The notes below the pieces were generated by a model. It searched no databases. It had not been told where the DNA came from and worked only from the letters and a program-made list of their open reading frames with translations. Shown in pieces: positions 1-12,095 of a stretch of DNA of 64,000 nt; positions within the stretch are counted from its first letter, which is position 1, and the number at the start of each line of letters is the position of its first letter. The DNA lies in assembly GCA_965644295.1 (NCBI GenBank), contig CBFFRP010000094.1:62001-126000 (forward strand), in the 5' to 3' direction. The DNA is from Paraphysomonas bandaiensis (Eukaryota; Protista; Chrysophyceae). Position numbers and translations under genes: made by a program.

Positions 1-1055
1 GCATCTCCAATAGATCCTAGCGCTGATCTGTCCGACTCTATTGATGCTAGTGTAGAGTTGCTGCGGACTGACCACTCTGAGAGGTCATCACCGTCACCCA
101 CAGTTCGCTTGAGTGGTTTGTAGTCCCTGTAACGAATCGAACCTCTACCAGACCTCCCTCGCTTACCACAGGTCAGTACCCAGTAGAGAATAGATTCAAT
201 ATGATCTTTAGTCAGACCACAAAACCACCAGTCATCATCCTATTTACGTTCATAATGTATGGTCAGAAACACGGTTTCAAGTGTACAAAAGTCGTGAGCT
301 ATGCTACACAGCAGAAGTCAGCATACTTGCATACTCACCTCATCATCTGAATCCTCTCCCCACTTCACATACTTTTGTCGCACCTTATTCACCGCAATAC
401 GGGCTTTCGTCTGTACGATTCATTTTTAGAAAAAACACAGGATCAACAGCACGCTACCATAGGTTCTTTGGTAATCTGAATGAGATGGTCGTCGGGAACG
501 GGCATATTGTAGATATCCACAGTGTATCGGCATATAGGCTCAGTCTCATCTTTACCGTACAATTCTTTAAATATGTAATACACCGTTGGTGGAACACCCC
601 TGAATTTCAACTTACAGAAGTGTCGAGAGTGTTAGATATAAGGACCTGTAATCTATCTTGGCTTGCAGACCGGGCAATATACGCCCATTTTCGTCCCTGA
701 GATCAGCCGTTGATAATTTACCTGGTAACTCAGCATCTTCCTTGTTCTCTACATAGTCTGACCATGCTGTCAGCCATCGCGTATCCATCAAAAACCAGCA
801 TTCACGCCTCGCGTTAATTTTCGTTCTGCATGCAACGATAGTTAGTGGAGAGCACCGCGCACAAACACAGTATCACTTGTCAAACTTCTTGACGAGTCTA
901 ATTTCTAAACCACGCCGAATCTCAACCCTCTCAAACCTGTCCTCCTCCTCAAACTCCTCATTACGGCTCTCTATGTCTCTTATGATACCAGCTGTGTGGG
1001 GCTTCAGCTCTCCACTCTCATAGGGCTCGAGAGCTGCGAGTTCTAGACTATTCAT
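1..1055 (-). CDS. DUSP-domain protein (domain present in ubiquitin-specific proteases); multi-exon, 3' end runs off the window
   Basis: ATG at 1055. Splicing four GT-AG introns gives ...RECWFLMDTRWLTAWSDYV...LPGKLSTADL...LPGLQAKIDYRGVPPTVYYIFKELYG..., which fits the DUSP pattern. No USP catalytic box is seen within the window. Confidence 0.75.
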
Positions 1056-3948
1056 TCCAATATATCACAGTGTAAGGCTATTGACAGATACAGCTCAAGA
1101 TCTCTGATAGATGGTGGAGTGATTCAACTACAGGATGCTCCACGGACCATCTGCTGTCCCACCATATACACGCACAGTACTGTATATAGTGGTGCATGAG
1201 CAAAATAACTCCTATAAAAACTGGAAAAAAAGGAACTGCTAATCAGAAATTGGCAATTTTAAAGTTTTTACGAGTGCATCCTTCATAAAAACTCAGCCAT
1301 CGTAACTAAAAAGTCCAACTTCTTGCACTTTTCCAAGCAGCAGAGCATCAGGATGATCTCCTCGCTCTATTCTCCTTGTTGCGTTCTTGTGGTACAATGA
1401 ACAACGATGCTGCTCCATTGAAGACCACGGCAAGGATGGACGATGCTGACTCTGTTAGGGGACAACCGATTCCTCTGAATGTGAGAGGAGATACATGAGC
1501 AGTGTTCATTGATCGGTGTGCGTATTCTAATAGAAAGAAGCTCATACAAGAGTGAAACGTTAGTGGCTGTCACTGCATGATGTATATGCATATATAAAGA
1601 CGATCCTTCTGGTACAACGCTACGGATACAACACACTTATTTATGCTTCTACATCGCATGGTATAACAGGGACGGGAGCACAGCAGTGTGTTATCATTCT
1701 AATATATGCACTTAGTGCGGAAACACACGAAGTCTTTCACGGTTTCCACAGACAACGTTTTCTAGCAAACCTCATCCCTGTTGTACGTTAGATTTCTTCT
1801 GTACACTTTTCGTATGTACAGAACCGTAGCTATGAAAGAGATACAATTCAAATATAGTCCCTTAAATAAGTTACTCAGATTCTTTTCGTTAAAATATTTA
1901 TTTCTCTTCCCTCACATTCTAACACACAATGAAAACTGGAAGAAACACTAATCTTGTTGTTCTTCTCACACAATACCTTCAGCAATTTATACAACGTTTT
2001 TGCTTCAATGTAGCTCTTTTTTCAATTTATAGTCATAACATATAGAACTAGTACACAGGTCGCTATTGTCACTTGCGGAGTAAAGTACTTATCACTTTAG
2101 AGCATCAGAATCAAACAGTGCTATACTAGTATTCCAGTACTCTGAAGTGCATGAGTGAGTTCAGGTGCTATTGACAGAAATAATACTGATGATTCGAATG
2201 GTTTCAATAGTTGTTTCGTAAACATGTTTTACAATGGGCGTTCTGTGTAATCCTTAACTTTCACAATGGTGTGTTTTGGGTACATCAACAGAATTCTCAG
2301 TATTCTCTATATCATCAATTGTAAGATATGTAGAATGAAGTGGTATAACTATGTTTTGATCATCTCTAAACATCCCAAATATCTAGAAAATGTGCGATAT
2401 GGTATGGTCATCACTTCAAGACGTATGACTTGTGCAAATCTAACTGGAAGTATATTAGCCGATAGTATAAATAATTACGTGTGTACTTAAGTGGTATGCG
2501 ACGAGCTCACGTATCACTTGTTTTGTTAAAGAGATATGCTTTAAATGTACAAATGTGATGGCATTTACTGCCTGTGTTGCCGTTCTAGATTGATAGATAT
2601 AGACCAGACATTGAAACTGATTTTAAGTCACGTACGTGGTAATATAGTTCAGTATTGTTTACCAGCGCTCACGTTGAATGACTTATAGCTATTTACATCC
2701 TTGTAGTATATGCGTTGAATGACAATATACATGAAAATGTTTAAATTACAAAACAACACTATGGTTTAATACCTGTACAATACTCAATATCATAATTTTA
2801 GTTTCGCCATGCGCCCGTTCACACATGACACTGATAACTGTCTATCATGATCGGTTTTTATAATAGGAAAAGTTATTATGTTAATTAGATTTAGATAAAG
2901 GCTTACTTCGTTATACTACTGCAGTAAGTGCAGAGCTTATTCCCACTATTATACTATTCGTGTAATTGTGTATGATTGGTGAATACAACGCTTGTTGCTA
3001 CTTCTGTAATTGCAAGCAATTTGAAAATTTAAGGTATTCGATTTATAATCGTTAGTTTAAGAATACAGCAGTTGCAGAACTGTAGAACATGAAATTTATG
3101 ATAATATAAATTACATTAGTGTTGATTATAATTTTACCAATAAATTCCTGTGTAAGTTAAAGTTCAGTTACAGAAGTTATATGTATATGTAGTGAAACTG
3201 TCCCTCAACACCTTAGTGTTAACCGGGAAACTAACGTGATCCGCATAATATATATAGTCAGCAGATAACGTTCTGCCCACTCACAGCCTAAAGCTTGTGT
3301 GGTACAAGGGACACTAATTAGTGTCACTTGTGTAGTAGGCGTTGTTGGGCCTTGACAAAAAAACAGGCATCCGCGAAGGGACCCACCTCAAGACCTCAAG
3401 GCTCAAGGGCATCAGGGGGGTTCACCTTAAGGACTCAAAAATCCTAAAGTGAGCAGATGTCAGGTATATCAACACTTTACTTGCTTACTGTGTTTGCTTT
3501 TAGTGATCGAGCGACTCTTACACGCCTATTGCTAATAGTAGGACATTCACTACTCTCTACTGTAGCGAAATATGAAAACTAATGCACACACAACAAGCGA
3601 AACAAACAGATTCCACGCATTTTTGTGTGCATGTATCAATACTAATATAATTTATTATTGTACAATATATTATTACGTAGCCTTTGTACGACTTGTAGAT
3701 GGCAGTAACTACATATCTATGTTACTGTCTGTTGTCAATAGTTGACTACTGCAATTGACAAGTTTAGGTCTAATACTGCTCTCGATATATATCGTTCCGT
3801 CGTTCGAGTGGATCAGCCTCTAGAACCGGCACAGCGAGCAACATCTGCTGTACTTATTCAATGTCTCTCGTAACTCGACAAGTTGTAAAAATGGTTGTTT
3901 TATATAATTATGACTACAATCTGCCAATTACTGATGCCACATACGCTT

Positions 3949-5388
3949 CTAATGTCCACCTCCATCACCGTCAGAACTCTCATATTTTAGCTCACGGAGA
4001 AGGACAGGGATAGATGTTGGTGGCACCTTTCCAACCTCTGTAACTATTGCAGATACGTTTCGGATGGGGGTAACGTCATACTTGAGATTCAGAACTTGGT
4101 ATGGTAGAGGGGAAGCAGATTCAGCCGAGCGGAATCCATCTCCCCGTTCTCTGGGTACATATACCCCATCTCCCGATTCACAGGGCTTCAAGAGATCAGC
4201 AGGATCCCCAAGCTCATTGTAAACAATGGAATCCATTTGTACCTTTTCGGTAAATTTGAAACTCTCTGCAGCAAATATCACCGGCACGCCTCGTGAGTGG
4301 GCCAGAGCAGCCACCATGGCAGTGCCTGCTGGAGCGATGACTGAACCGTTCGAGAGGAGTGCAGAGGCACCTGTAAAAACAAGGAATGAATATGGTAACA
4401 AAACGTTATCGGAGATACAGTACGATATTTAAGGCATCAGGAGAAATATTTCCATCAGTACCGCGTGCTCACCTAGGATGACCCTTGTGGCTTCCCGCAT
4501 GGCAGAGGCTGCCCCTGCCAAAGGAGCGTAGACACATCCTGCTAAGTCCTCATCAGACGAAGAAGATGTGAGAAGCTGCAGCGTGCGTAGACCCTCCCAT
4601 CTTGGAAGAGAGTCCACTATAATCACTCGAACGTTCTTATTCTTTCGCACTGTAGAGAGTACAGAACGAAGCAAAGGAGAACTACCAAAAGTCAACACCA
4701 CTTCCCCATCCCGGATTCCTTCACAGCACCGGGTACAGATGTTCTCACGAGAAAATACAACACGCTCTGTATGGAAATGACGTAGCTTACCGATAAGAAG
4801 GGCTTTCGCATCTGCCTCACTCAGGTCAGGGGATACCTGCGAGATGGCGAACCGCAGATACTTTATTATGTTACCCATTGCCATGGAATGCGGCCGGCAG
4901 CTGCTGACCAGATAATGCACCTGTAGTTTGATATGCTTGTCCAGGTCCCAGCTGAGAGTTGTTCGAGGTGGCGTCTTGTAGTCCTCAATCACATTACAGA
5001 ATGCAATTAAAAGGGTCTCTGCTCTGTCGTCGTCGTCATACACGATGCCACTCGCGAACAACGCACCAAGCTTGTGGATAGCTGGATGAATAGAAGCGTC
5101 AGGCTGAATAGTATTCTCCTTCTGCATGCAGCGAGGCTGGGGAAGGTGATCGAATAGCGCTAATCTCGGCGGTTTCTGATTGCTGCCTCTGCTGGCAGAT
5201 GCGGTGCCGGCTGTGCTGTTTCCCCTTTTGGACTCTGTCTTACTGGAGTTATTCCCGCCCTTACGCTGATTATCACTGTGTCCTGGTTTCTGCTTATGGT
5301 TCCCACCTACTGATGATGATGGCGGTGCCCCCCCTCTCTTCTGCGGCACCTTCTCCTCCTTGCTCTTAGATTCATTGGACGCACTCAT
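3949..5388 (-). CDS. EIF2B4: Translation initiation factor eIF2B delta subunit; 2 exons (intron 4371-4472)
   Basis: Motifs LFDHLPQ, IHPAIHKLG, CRPHSMAMGNIIKYL, DGEVVLTFGSS, VIIVDSLPRWEG, LG|ASALLSNGSVIAPAGTAMVA, ESFKFTEKVQMDSIVYNELGDP and YDVTP...IVTEVG. A canonical GT-AG intron joins the two ORFs. Confidence 0.95.
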
Positions 5389-6005
5389 GCTGAGTTTGGT
5401 TACTCTCAAGACTATCTATTTATGAAGTTAAGAGTGCTTCTCTATTTATGTTAGTGTGAGTAGAGCTCCGGCCCTTCAGAGTGCATAGGCTGGACACGAT
5501 GAGTTTGGATCATGCAGAGCATAAGTATGTATATTAGCTTCTGGTGGCTGGTTCTTCTTGTACAGAGTGGTGTATACATACCGGTATATGGTATACTCTA
5601 GACCAGCATGGTACATGTATGTGGATGAGTGATACAGTAGCAGAGTGGAGCATGCATGGGCATAGGAATCGTAGTGTGTCTGACCCTACAGTAATAATAC
5701 AATACCTGATACTGCTGTATTGTGGTCAATATATACGAGGGTGTATTCTACACTACTATAGTGTACGTATATACAATAGCTGCAACAGTACCAGTACCAG
5801 TACGCAGTGGGAGCTCATTCAAAAACAGAAGCAATGCGCCGGGCACTCAGCGGATATATATACGATACCATACCATCACGATACCATACTGGCCACGTGT
5901 TGATCTGCATGTATGTGTGTTATATGGGGGGCATGAGAGCGAGTGTATGAGTTATGTAAATCCGTCCATTGACCTCAAAATGAATCGTTTGGGAGCTGTT
6001 TAAAG

Positions 6006-7817
6006 ATGAAGAGAGTGACTCCCAAACGCATAGTGAGTAAGAGCGATTCCAAGGGAAGGGACCGCACAGGCACAGCCAGACATCAGAAGGATAAGGATTC
6101 AGTGGTTGCTTCTGATCGATCTAAGGATAAGGAGGTCCGCCTCTGCGACCTCTCTCCCACAGACAAGAATAAAGTTGCACGGTTGGTTGAGCAGGTGATA
6201 GAGCTCGGAAAAGAAAACGACCAGCTGAGAGATAGAGTAAGTGAGCTGGAGGACGGGGAGGACGATAGACAAAAGCTGTTGGCAGAGCAACTGGAATCAC
6301 GACACAAAATTGACGATCTATCGAAGACCAGCAGCCAGTTAGAGGCGGAAAAAGTGAAACTCTTAAGCATGTTGCATATGTATCAGCAAAAAATGCAGGA
6401 CCTGGCTAACGAACTCAAGATATCACGTCGACTGTTGACTGAGGAACAACTGAAGTCCACTGACTTGAAATCGGAAATTGTAAGGCTGGAGTCTCTTGTG
6501 GGGAGTCAGAAGTCTCTTATTGACACGACTAAGGAAAGGTATGAATCAACCTCAACAGGTCTTCTTGACGAACTCAAGAAATGCAGACTTGAGGTTATGG
6601 AGAAGACAGAAGAATGCAGCAAGTACCAGCACAAATATCAGCAGCTGGAAGCTAATACATCCTATCTGGCCAGCCAGTTGGACGAACTTCTGCCTCAGCT
6701 TAATGCGAAAAACAGTCGCATCAGGGCCCTGGAAGAGGCCGTTAAGGCTGCAGAGGAGGCCATGGTTGTTCCTAGAGAGCCTCTTACCTCAACTCATGCT
6801 ATGTCGCCTGAACAAGATAACCCTGACCATCAGAGCTCGGTAGAACACAAGGATCGCGACTCCGAAGGGGAGTTGTGGAATTTCGATTTGACGAAACCTC
6901 TACCACCAACTCCGCCTGGACACTTAATGCTCTCTAGTATCTCTCGTCATCTTAATGAGAACGGTAGGCATTGTCAATACGCTCAGGATACAGATGTTTT
7001 GTGGGAGAGAGCCGCGATGAACGATTCCAATGCGAACGGTACCTCTGACGTCAATCATTATCGGAATGACCAACATGGTCCCACAGTAATGTCTAATCCA
7101 CCAGATGCGCAAGAGACACAAACTTGCGGTTCGCCAGTTTTTGGGGAAGTGCACTTACAGGATATAGAACAACCAAAGACCTGTGGGTCACCGACTTCTC
7201 TGCAGGCACAAGAAGAACATACAATTGACACATTTGTAACACAGGGAACACAATCGTCTGTGCCACCTGTCACACGAAATGTACTCACGGGCCCATCAAT
7301 CGAACGGGAGGCACAAACAGTAAAAAGTAATAGTGAAATGGAAGAGGGTTCATGGGACACCCAAGGTGTCACTGTAAGCAGGTCAGTACAGACCACACCA
7401 GGAGCGTTCCACAAACACGTACCTACACATATTCACAACGCGGGGTCGTCTCAGCACCGACAACAGCAGAAAGGCAAGGTACAGAGCCGCTCTCAGCGTG
7501 TTAAGCCTCTAAAAGAAAGACCTATTTCTAACTCTACCCGACCAACTGTTCGAAACCGTGCTCCCGTTTCGTCAACCCGGTCCATGGAGCCAGAGCAGCC
7601 GCGCTTCCCAACTGCATCCTCAGTATCATCCCCAGGTATGCGTGTATGGACTGAGATAAGTAGGGACTATGACGCAGATAGCCTCTATGGTGCTCGCTTA
7701 TTTGACTTGGTTGATGAATTGGAAGACTCTCATTCTGTGAGGGGATTTCTTCGTGATGATACAGATTCTGGGTCTCTTCGGCTAAGTCTGACGGACTCGT
7801 TAAGCCGGTTGGAGTGA
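6006..7817 (+). CDS. Coiled-coil protein with a hinderin/KIAA1328-like N-terminal motif
   Basis: 603-aa single ORF. RLCDLSPTDKNKVARLVEQVIELGKE resembles the conserved hinderin motif (LKDLC.EDK.RIANLI.EL). A long coiled coil and a disordered tail follow. Confidence 0.6.
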   Translation: MKRVTPKRIVSKSDSKGRDRTGTARHQKDKDSVVASDRSKDKEVRLCDLSPTDKNKVARLVEQVIELGKENDQLRDRVSELEDGEDDRQKLLAEQLESRHKIDDLSKTSSQLEAEKVKLLSMLHMYQQKMQDLANELKISRRLLTEEQLKSTDLKSEIVRLESLVGSQKSLIDTTKERYESTSTGLLDELKKCRLEVMEKTEECSKYQHKYQQLEANTSYLASQLDELLPQLNAKNSRIRALEEAVKAAEEAMVVPREPLTSTHAMSPEQDNPDHQSSVEHKDRDSEGELWNFDLTKPLPPTPPGHLMLSSISRHLNENGRHCQYAQDTDVLWERAAMNDSNANGTSDVNHYRNDQHGPTVMSNPPDAQETQTCGSPVFGEVHLQDIEQPKTCGSPTSLQAQEEHTIDTFVTQGTQSSVPPVTRNVLTGPSIEREAQTVKSNSEMEEGSWDTQGVTVSRSVQTTPGAFHKHVPTHIHNAGSSQHRQQQKGKVQSRSQRVKPLKERPISNSTRPTVRNRAPVSSTRSMEPEQPRFPTASSVSSPGMRVWTEISRDYDADSLYGARLFDLVDELEDSHSVRGFLRDDTDSGSLRLSLTDSLSRLE

Positions 7818-10128
7818 TGACAGGGCGAGTGGCATTCATTGCAATTTATTGAAATCTGCGTAGTTTATACTTACTCAATGATATTGAACTTAACCTCCTT
7901 GAACACGCAGTGCGGGTGTATGCTACCCCTTTTTCTTTGTCAAATATAGAATGTAAGTCTGTTATTTTTATGGTATGTTATATATCTAGATTAATTTTAA
8001 TGTGAGAAATGTATAGCAGAAAAGTGCGATATTCATGTGCTATATCAACACATCGGTATGTTTAAACTTGTATCATGTGCAGTACCGCAAGTACATGTAC
8101 GCATGCCCATAATAGATAATAGTCAATTTGTAGATTCATATCACAAGTAGTATTAGTGGTATCAGGCTAATTGCACTGATGTGAAGGCCTCACACACATC
8201 AATGCCATCAGGAACACTGTGTGTAGTCCTAATCAACGTAATGTACCCTATTATTGATGTGCAAAAAGCGTACTGTAAGTATACAACTACTATTGTTGCA
8301 ATAAATAAATGTAGCACAATACTTTTGCATTTTGCATAATCGTGCATGTTTCTCTTGGATAGTACTGTAGAATACGTTAAATACAATGTGATAATACGTA
8401 GTCAAAGATACGATATAGCTATAACTATGAAACTGAAGCATTGTATCATGACGATTCAAGATACGGAAGTTGAGCAGTGGTTGACACGAATGAAATATAT
8501 TTTATTGTGTTGTTGACATTTGACATATGTTTTACATGACAACACACAATAGTGTATGCAGTTATAATAAAAGAGTCTATCTATTTTGATTACAATAAAC
8601 TTCTCTTAATGATTTTAATTGTGAAGCAAAGTGACCAATAGTTAATAAATGGTAGGATATTCAAAATGTGAAATATATTTGCTCAATGAGGATGACAGCG
8701 AGAGTCTAATTCAAAATGACCACACAGCGCAACGTTTGATTGATGGTAACAGGCAGAAGAAGTAAGCACGTCTTAACAAGCAAACTCGATACTGTAGTAT
8801 GACGCACGTTCATGCCACCACCAATAAGGCTGATTGATTATTCGGTAGGGGGGGTTGTTATAAGCTAGCTTCAATTAATTGATATAAAAATACCACCTTT
8901 TTATACTGAAAAGTTGATGAAAACGGCAATCTTTATTGCAAAAATCCAATTTTTACGATAAAAATCGAAGATTGATAAAAAACTATAATATCCATATCAC
9001 ATAATAATTCATTTAAATAATTGGCGGTATGATCTATAAACTGGTACCTGAAGTCATTGCAGGAGTATTTTTGAGAAAATAAATGATAGTATCGAAGAGG
9101 TTGCAATAATCCTTCCAATGCACATACCTCCCTCGCTAAGTTGTCTATATTGAATCACTTGTGGAAGAGAGCGGCAGCTCGCAAAGTTGTTTCTATCCCT
9201 GAGGAGAAGTGACAACGATGCCTCAACTCCTACTCTATGAAAAAGGTCCCTTTCAGAGAGCTTCACTTTCTCTGGGACGCATTCGAACCATCAACAAGCA
9301 GGAGTGTTGCCAGAGAGGGTCCGAGGGTGAGTTTTCTGGAAGAAGTTAGCTGGTGATATCCTATCTTTAGGAATGACTCTGGAGGGTACAGTGAAATACA
9401 ATGTACACCGTGGCGAAGAGGACAAACTATCTACCCTTATGAACATCAGACGCGAAGCTGTGTTTAAAGAACGCTGTTCAAGGGAATGTGGGAAAGGCTG
9501 AGCATTCAGTACCCCCACTGGGAGGGCTCTGCGAGAAAGCCAACCCTAACGTAGCTATAGAATACCCGAAAAGAGTTGGAGTCCCCCATAATATCGTAGA
9601 GCTGACGATGGAGAGACTCTGTCTCATCATACATGAACTAGCTAATAGAAGGACATTCAGAGCAGGCTGGCAGATTAGCAGCAGTATATATACAGAGCTG
9701 TATTTCACTGCTGTACAGCTGTACTACATTTTTTGTACTTGTATCAAAGTGCCTGCATTCTAGAATTCTGAACCACCGCAATATACGGTATACTAAAGTA
9801 TACAAACGCACCATAATTCGCTGATGACATTCCGACAAAATTTCAGATTCTGTACAAAAATTTTCTCTTCTGTTGCGTATTATACGGCAGCAGGAGTACA
9901 CAGCAGTGTATGATATGGAAGCCGCAATAGATACAGTCACTGCCTGCATTTTGCGTAGTATGCACTGTATATGAGATGCACTGTATATGAGTTGAGCTTT
10001 ACAACTGCAGCGATAGCGTGATATAACAGAGAGAGAAGATGGTTACGTCGACACCTTCTATTCATAACTAGCAATATCGCGCCCCGTACCTATCGACTGT
10101 CCGTTGATTGAGAGGATAGTATGAGAGC

Positions 10129-11620
10129 ATGACAACAGTCGAGAACCAAACAGATAGCGGACAGTCTTCTCCTCCCTCTGCGGGACCGGACAGCGCCGTT
10201 GCCGAGCGCGGGCAGCGGAAGTCGGTAACATTTGCCCCTGAAACTGTGTTTGTTGAGAGGCAGTGGGGAGCGCCTGTGATTATCACGCACACTGTCTCCA
10301 CTGAGGTCAGCAGCGCAACAGTGTTAAGTGTGTCGCTCACTGATTATCTGTTCTATACAGGAATGTGTTCTGTATGGCATACAGCTTGCCTACGGAGGAC
10401 GCAAGTGGAATATTGGCCGAAGATATCGTCATTTTGCAGAAAATCACAAAAATCTTATCAAGGAAGGTATAGTAGCTAAGTCCGACCTTCCTGACCTTCC
10501 TAGGAAGCGTATATTTCCAATTAAAAAATGGAGAAATAAAGTCGGACGGTCGTTGAACAAAGGCACAGAGAAGGAGGAAGAATATATTCGGGCAGAGAGA
10601 CAACATGTGTTTGAGCGTAAGTGCCAACTAGAAGTCTATTTATTTAAATTAGTTACTACTGATAAACTGATGGCGGAGTCACGAGTTCTTCAAGAGTTTC
10701 TTGAGATGCCAGGAACTGGTGGAGAAAGAAAATCCCGATCAAGTAGTGAGTTTAAGCTGAGCAGCGATTCTGCCTCGTTGACTAAGGCTTTGTTGTCTGG
10801 ACGCTACAAACCCGGGGCTTCTGAAGATGAGGATGATGATGACGCTGATAACGGTGCTGATACAGCTGTCAGTACAGTAGATATTGCGTTGGGCGTATCT
10901 CTTTCAGGAGGTGAAGCGGAACAACGAATTAGCGATGATATTGCACACGTGACGGCAGCTGAAAAGAAAAAGGTAGGACAATTTCATAATTTCACGCCTT
11001 TAATCTAATGACACTTGTGCGTACCCTATGCACAGACCCATGTATCCTACCGCCTACAGGTGAGTTCAATTGTTACGTGATGTATCGCGCATGTTATATT
11101 GTGCTAACTTCCTTTTTCTGTATCTACTTTCTAGATATCATACGGAGGGAGCACCTGGACTGTCTCGAGGAGGTACCGTAGTATCGCTGCCAATCACAGG
11201 GATCTCATCAAGGAGGGACTTGTCTCTCCTTCTGAGTTGCCGCACCTACCGAAAAGGCGCCTCTTCTCTCTGTCAAAGTGGTCAAATAAAATTGGTAGCA
11301 CTATTACCAGTGGCCCTAACGAATATGAAGAGCAGTATGTTGAGCGGCGGAAAGAGCAATTGGATGCATATGTAGCTCAACTTTTCTCTATAGAGCGACT
11401 TGTAACTGAAAGTAAAGTTATGAGAGACTTCTTTGAGCTTCCTTTTGATGTGAAAGAAAGATGGGGCAGCGGGGAACGATTCAACGCTGACTTGATATCT
11501 ATCGAAGACTTGGGTACAGACGGGGATGATGATGACGATGGAAGTGATGATGACGACGATGGTAGTGATGATGGGGATGATGAGATCGATGGCGACGGGT
11601 CTCAGGATGACACCAATTAG
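10129..11620 (+). CDS. Protein with two tandem PX (phox homology) domains and an acidic tail; 4 exons including a 24-nt exon (11036-11059)
   Basis: PX1: YGIQLAYGGRKWNIGRRYRHF...LPDLPRKRIF...ERKCQLEVYL...LQEFLE. PX2: SYRLQ|ISYGGSTWTVSRRYRSI...LPHLPKRRLF...ERRKEQLDAYV...MRDFFE. All introns are GT-AG. Confidence 0.85.
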
Positions 11621-11935
11621 AGATCACAGGCGTGATAAATGATGTTTTTACCTTTTGCGTTGATATAACAAGGTGCCATACCATGCCCCTTCTTTTGTAG
11701 ATATGTGGATGATGCAGCGGTTTGACCGTTGTTTCTTCCCTCTACGTTCAATTGGCTGTTTGAGATGATTTCGACTCTAGATCACATCATCTATATAATT
11801 TAATTTATGGTGGTAATTGATAACAAAATTTACCTAACCTATGTATGTGCCGATTGCTTAATTTAGCCTATATGGTTTACTACATGAAATATTGATTAGA
11901 ATGATTCCAAGAACAGCTTCTTTCTTGAAATGTGC

Positions 11936-12087
11936 CAGGGCTAGGAACGATATCTTGCAATTATATTATTGTAAGGTAGAGATCCATCAATAATATTGCA
12001 ATACTTTTATAACCTCCTACAATACTACTGCAATATATGTTGCTCCTTCCATACACAAATCTAATAATATCACAGTATATTTACTAC
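11936..12087. mobile_element. Diverged terminus of an older, related hAT element
   Basis: CAGGGCTAGGAACGATATCTTGCAA at 11936 resembles the TIR CAGGGATAGGGAACAATATATTGCAA at 12096. The downstream blocks (TCCATCAATA, CCTACAATA, TATTGCAATA) also occur in the 12096-12210 end. Confidence 0.65.
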
Positions 12088-12095
12088 ATTATAAT

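Noticed and set aside
3360-3460. GC-richer block weakly similar to 27230-27315 (possible LTR/DIRS fragment)
   Set aside because: Only ~10-bp matches in mixed orientation, with no TG...CA ends, PBS or coding remnant.
9267-9296. TGT-TGA between two in-frame ORFs as a possible Cys-Sec selenoprotein
   Set aside because: No recognisable selenoprotein fold and no SECIS that I could identify. Chance, splicing or pseudogenisation explain it equally well.
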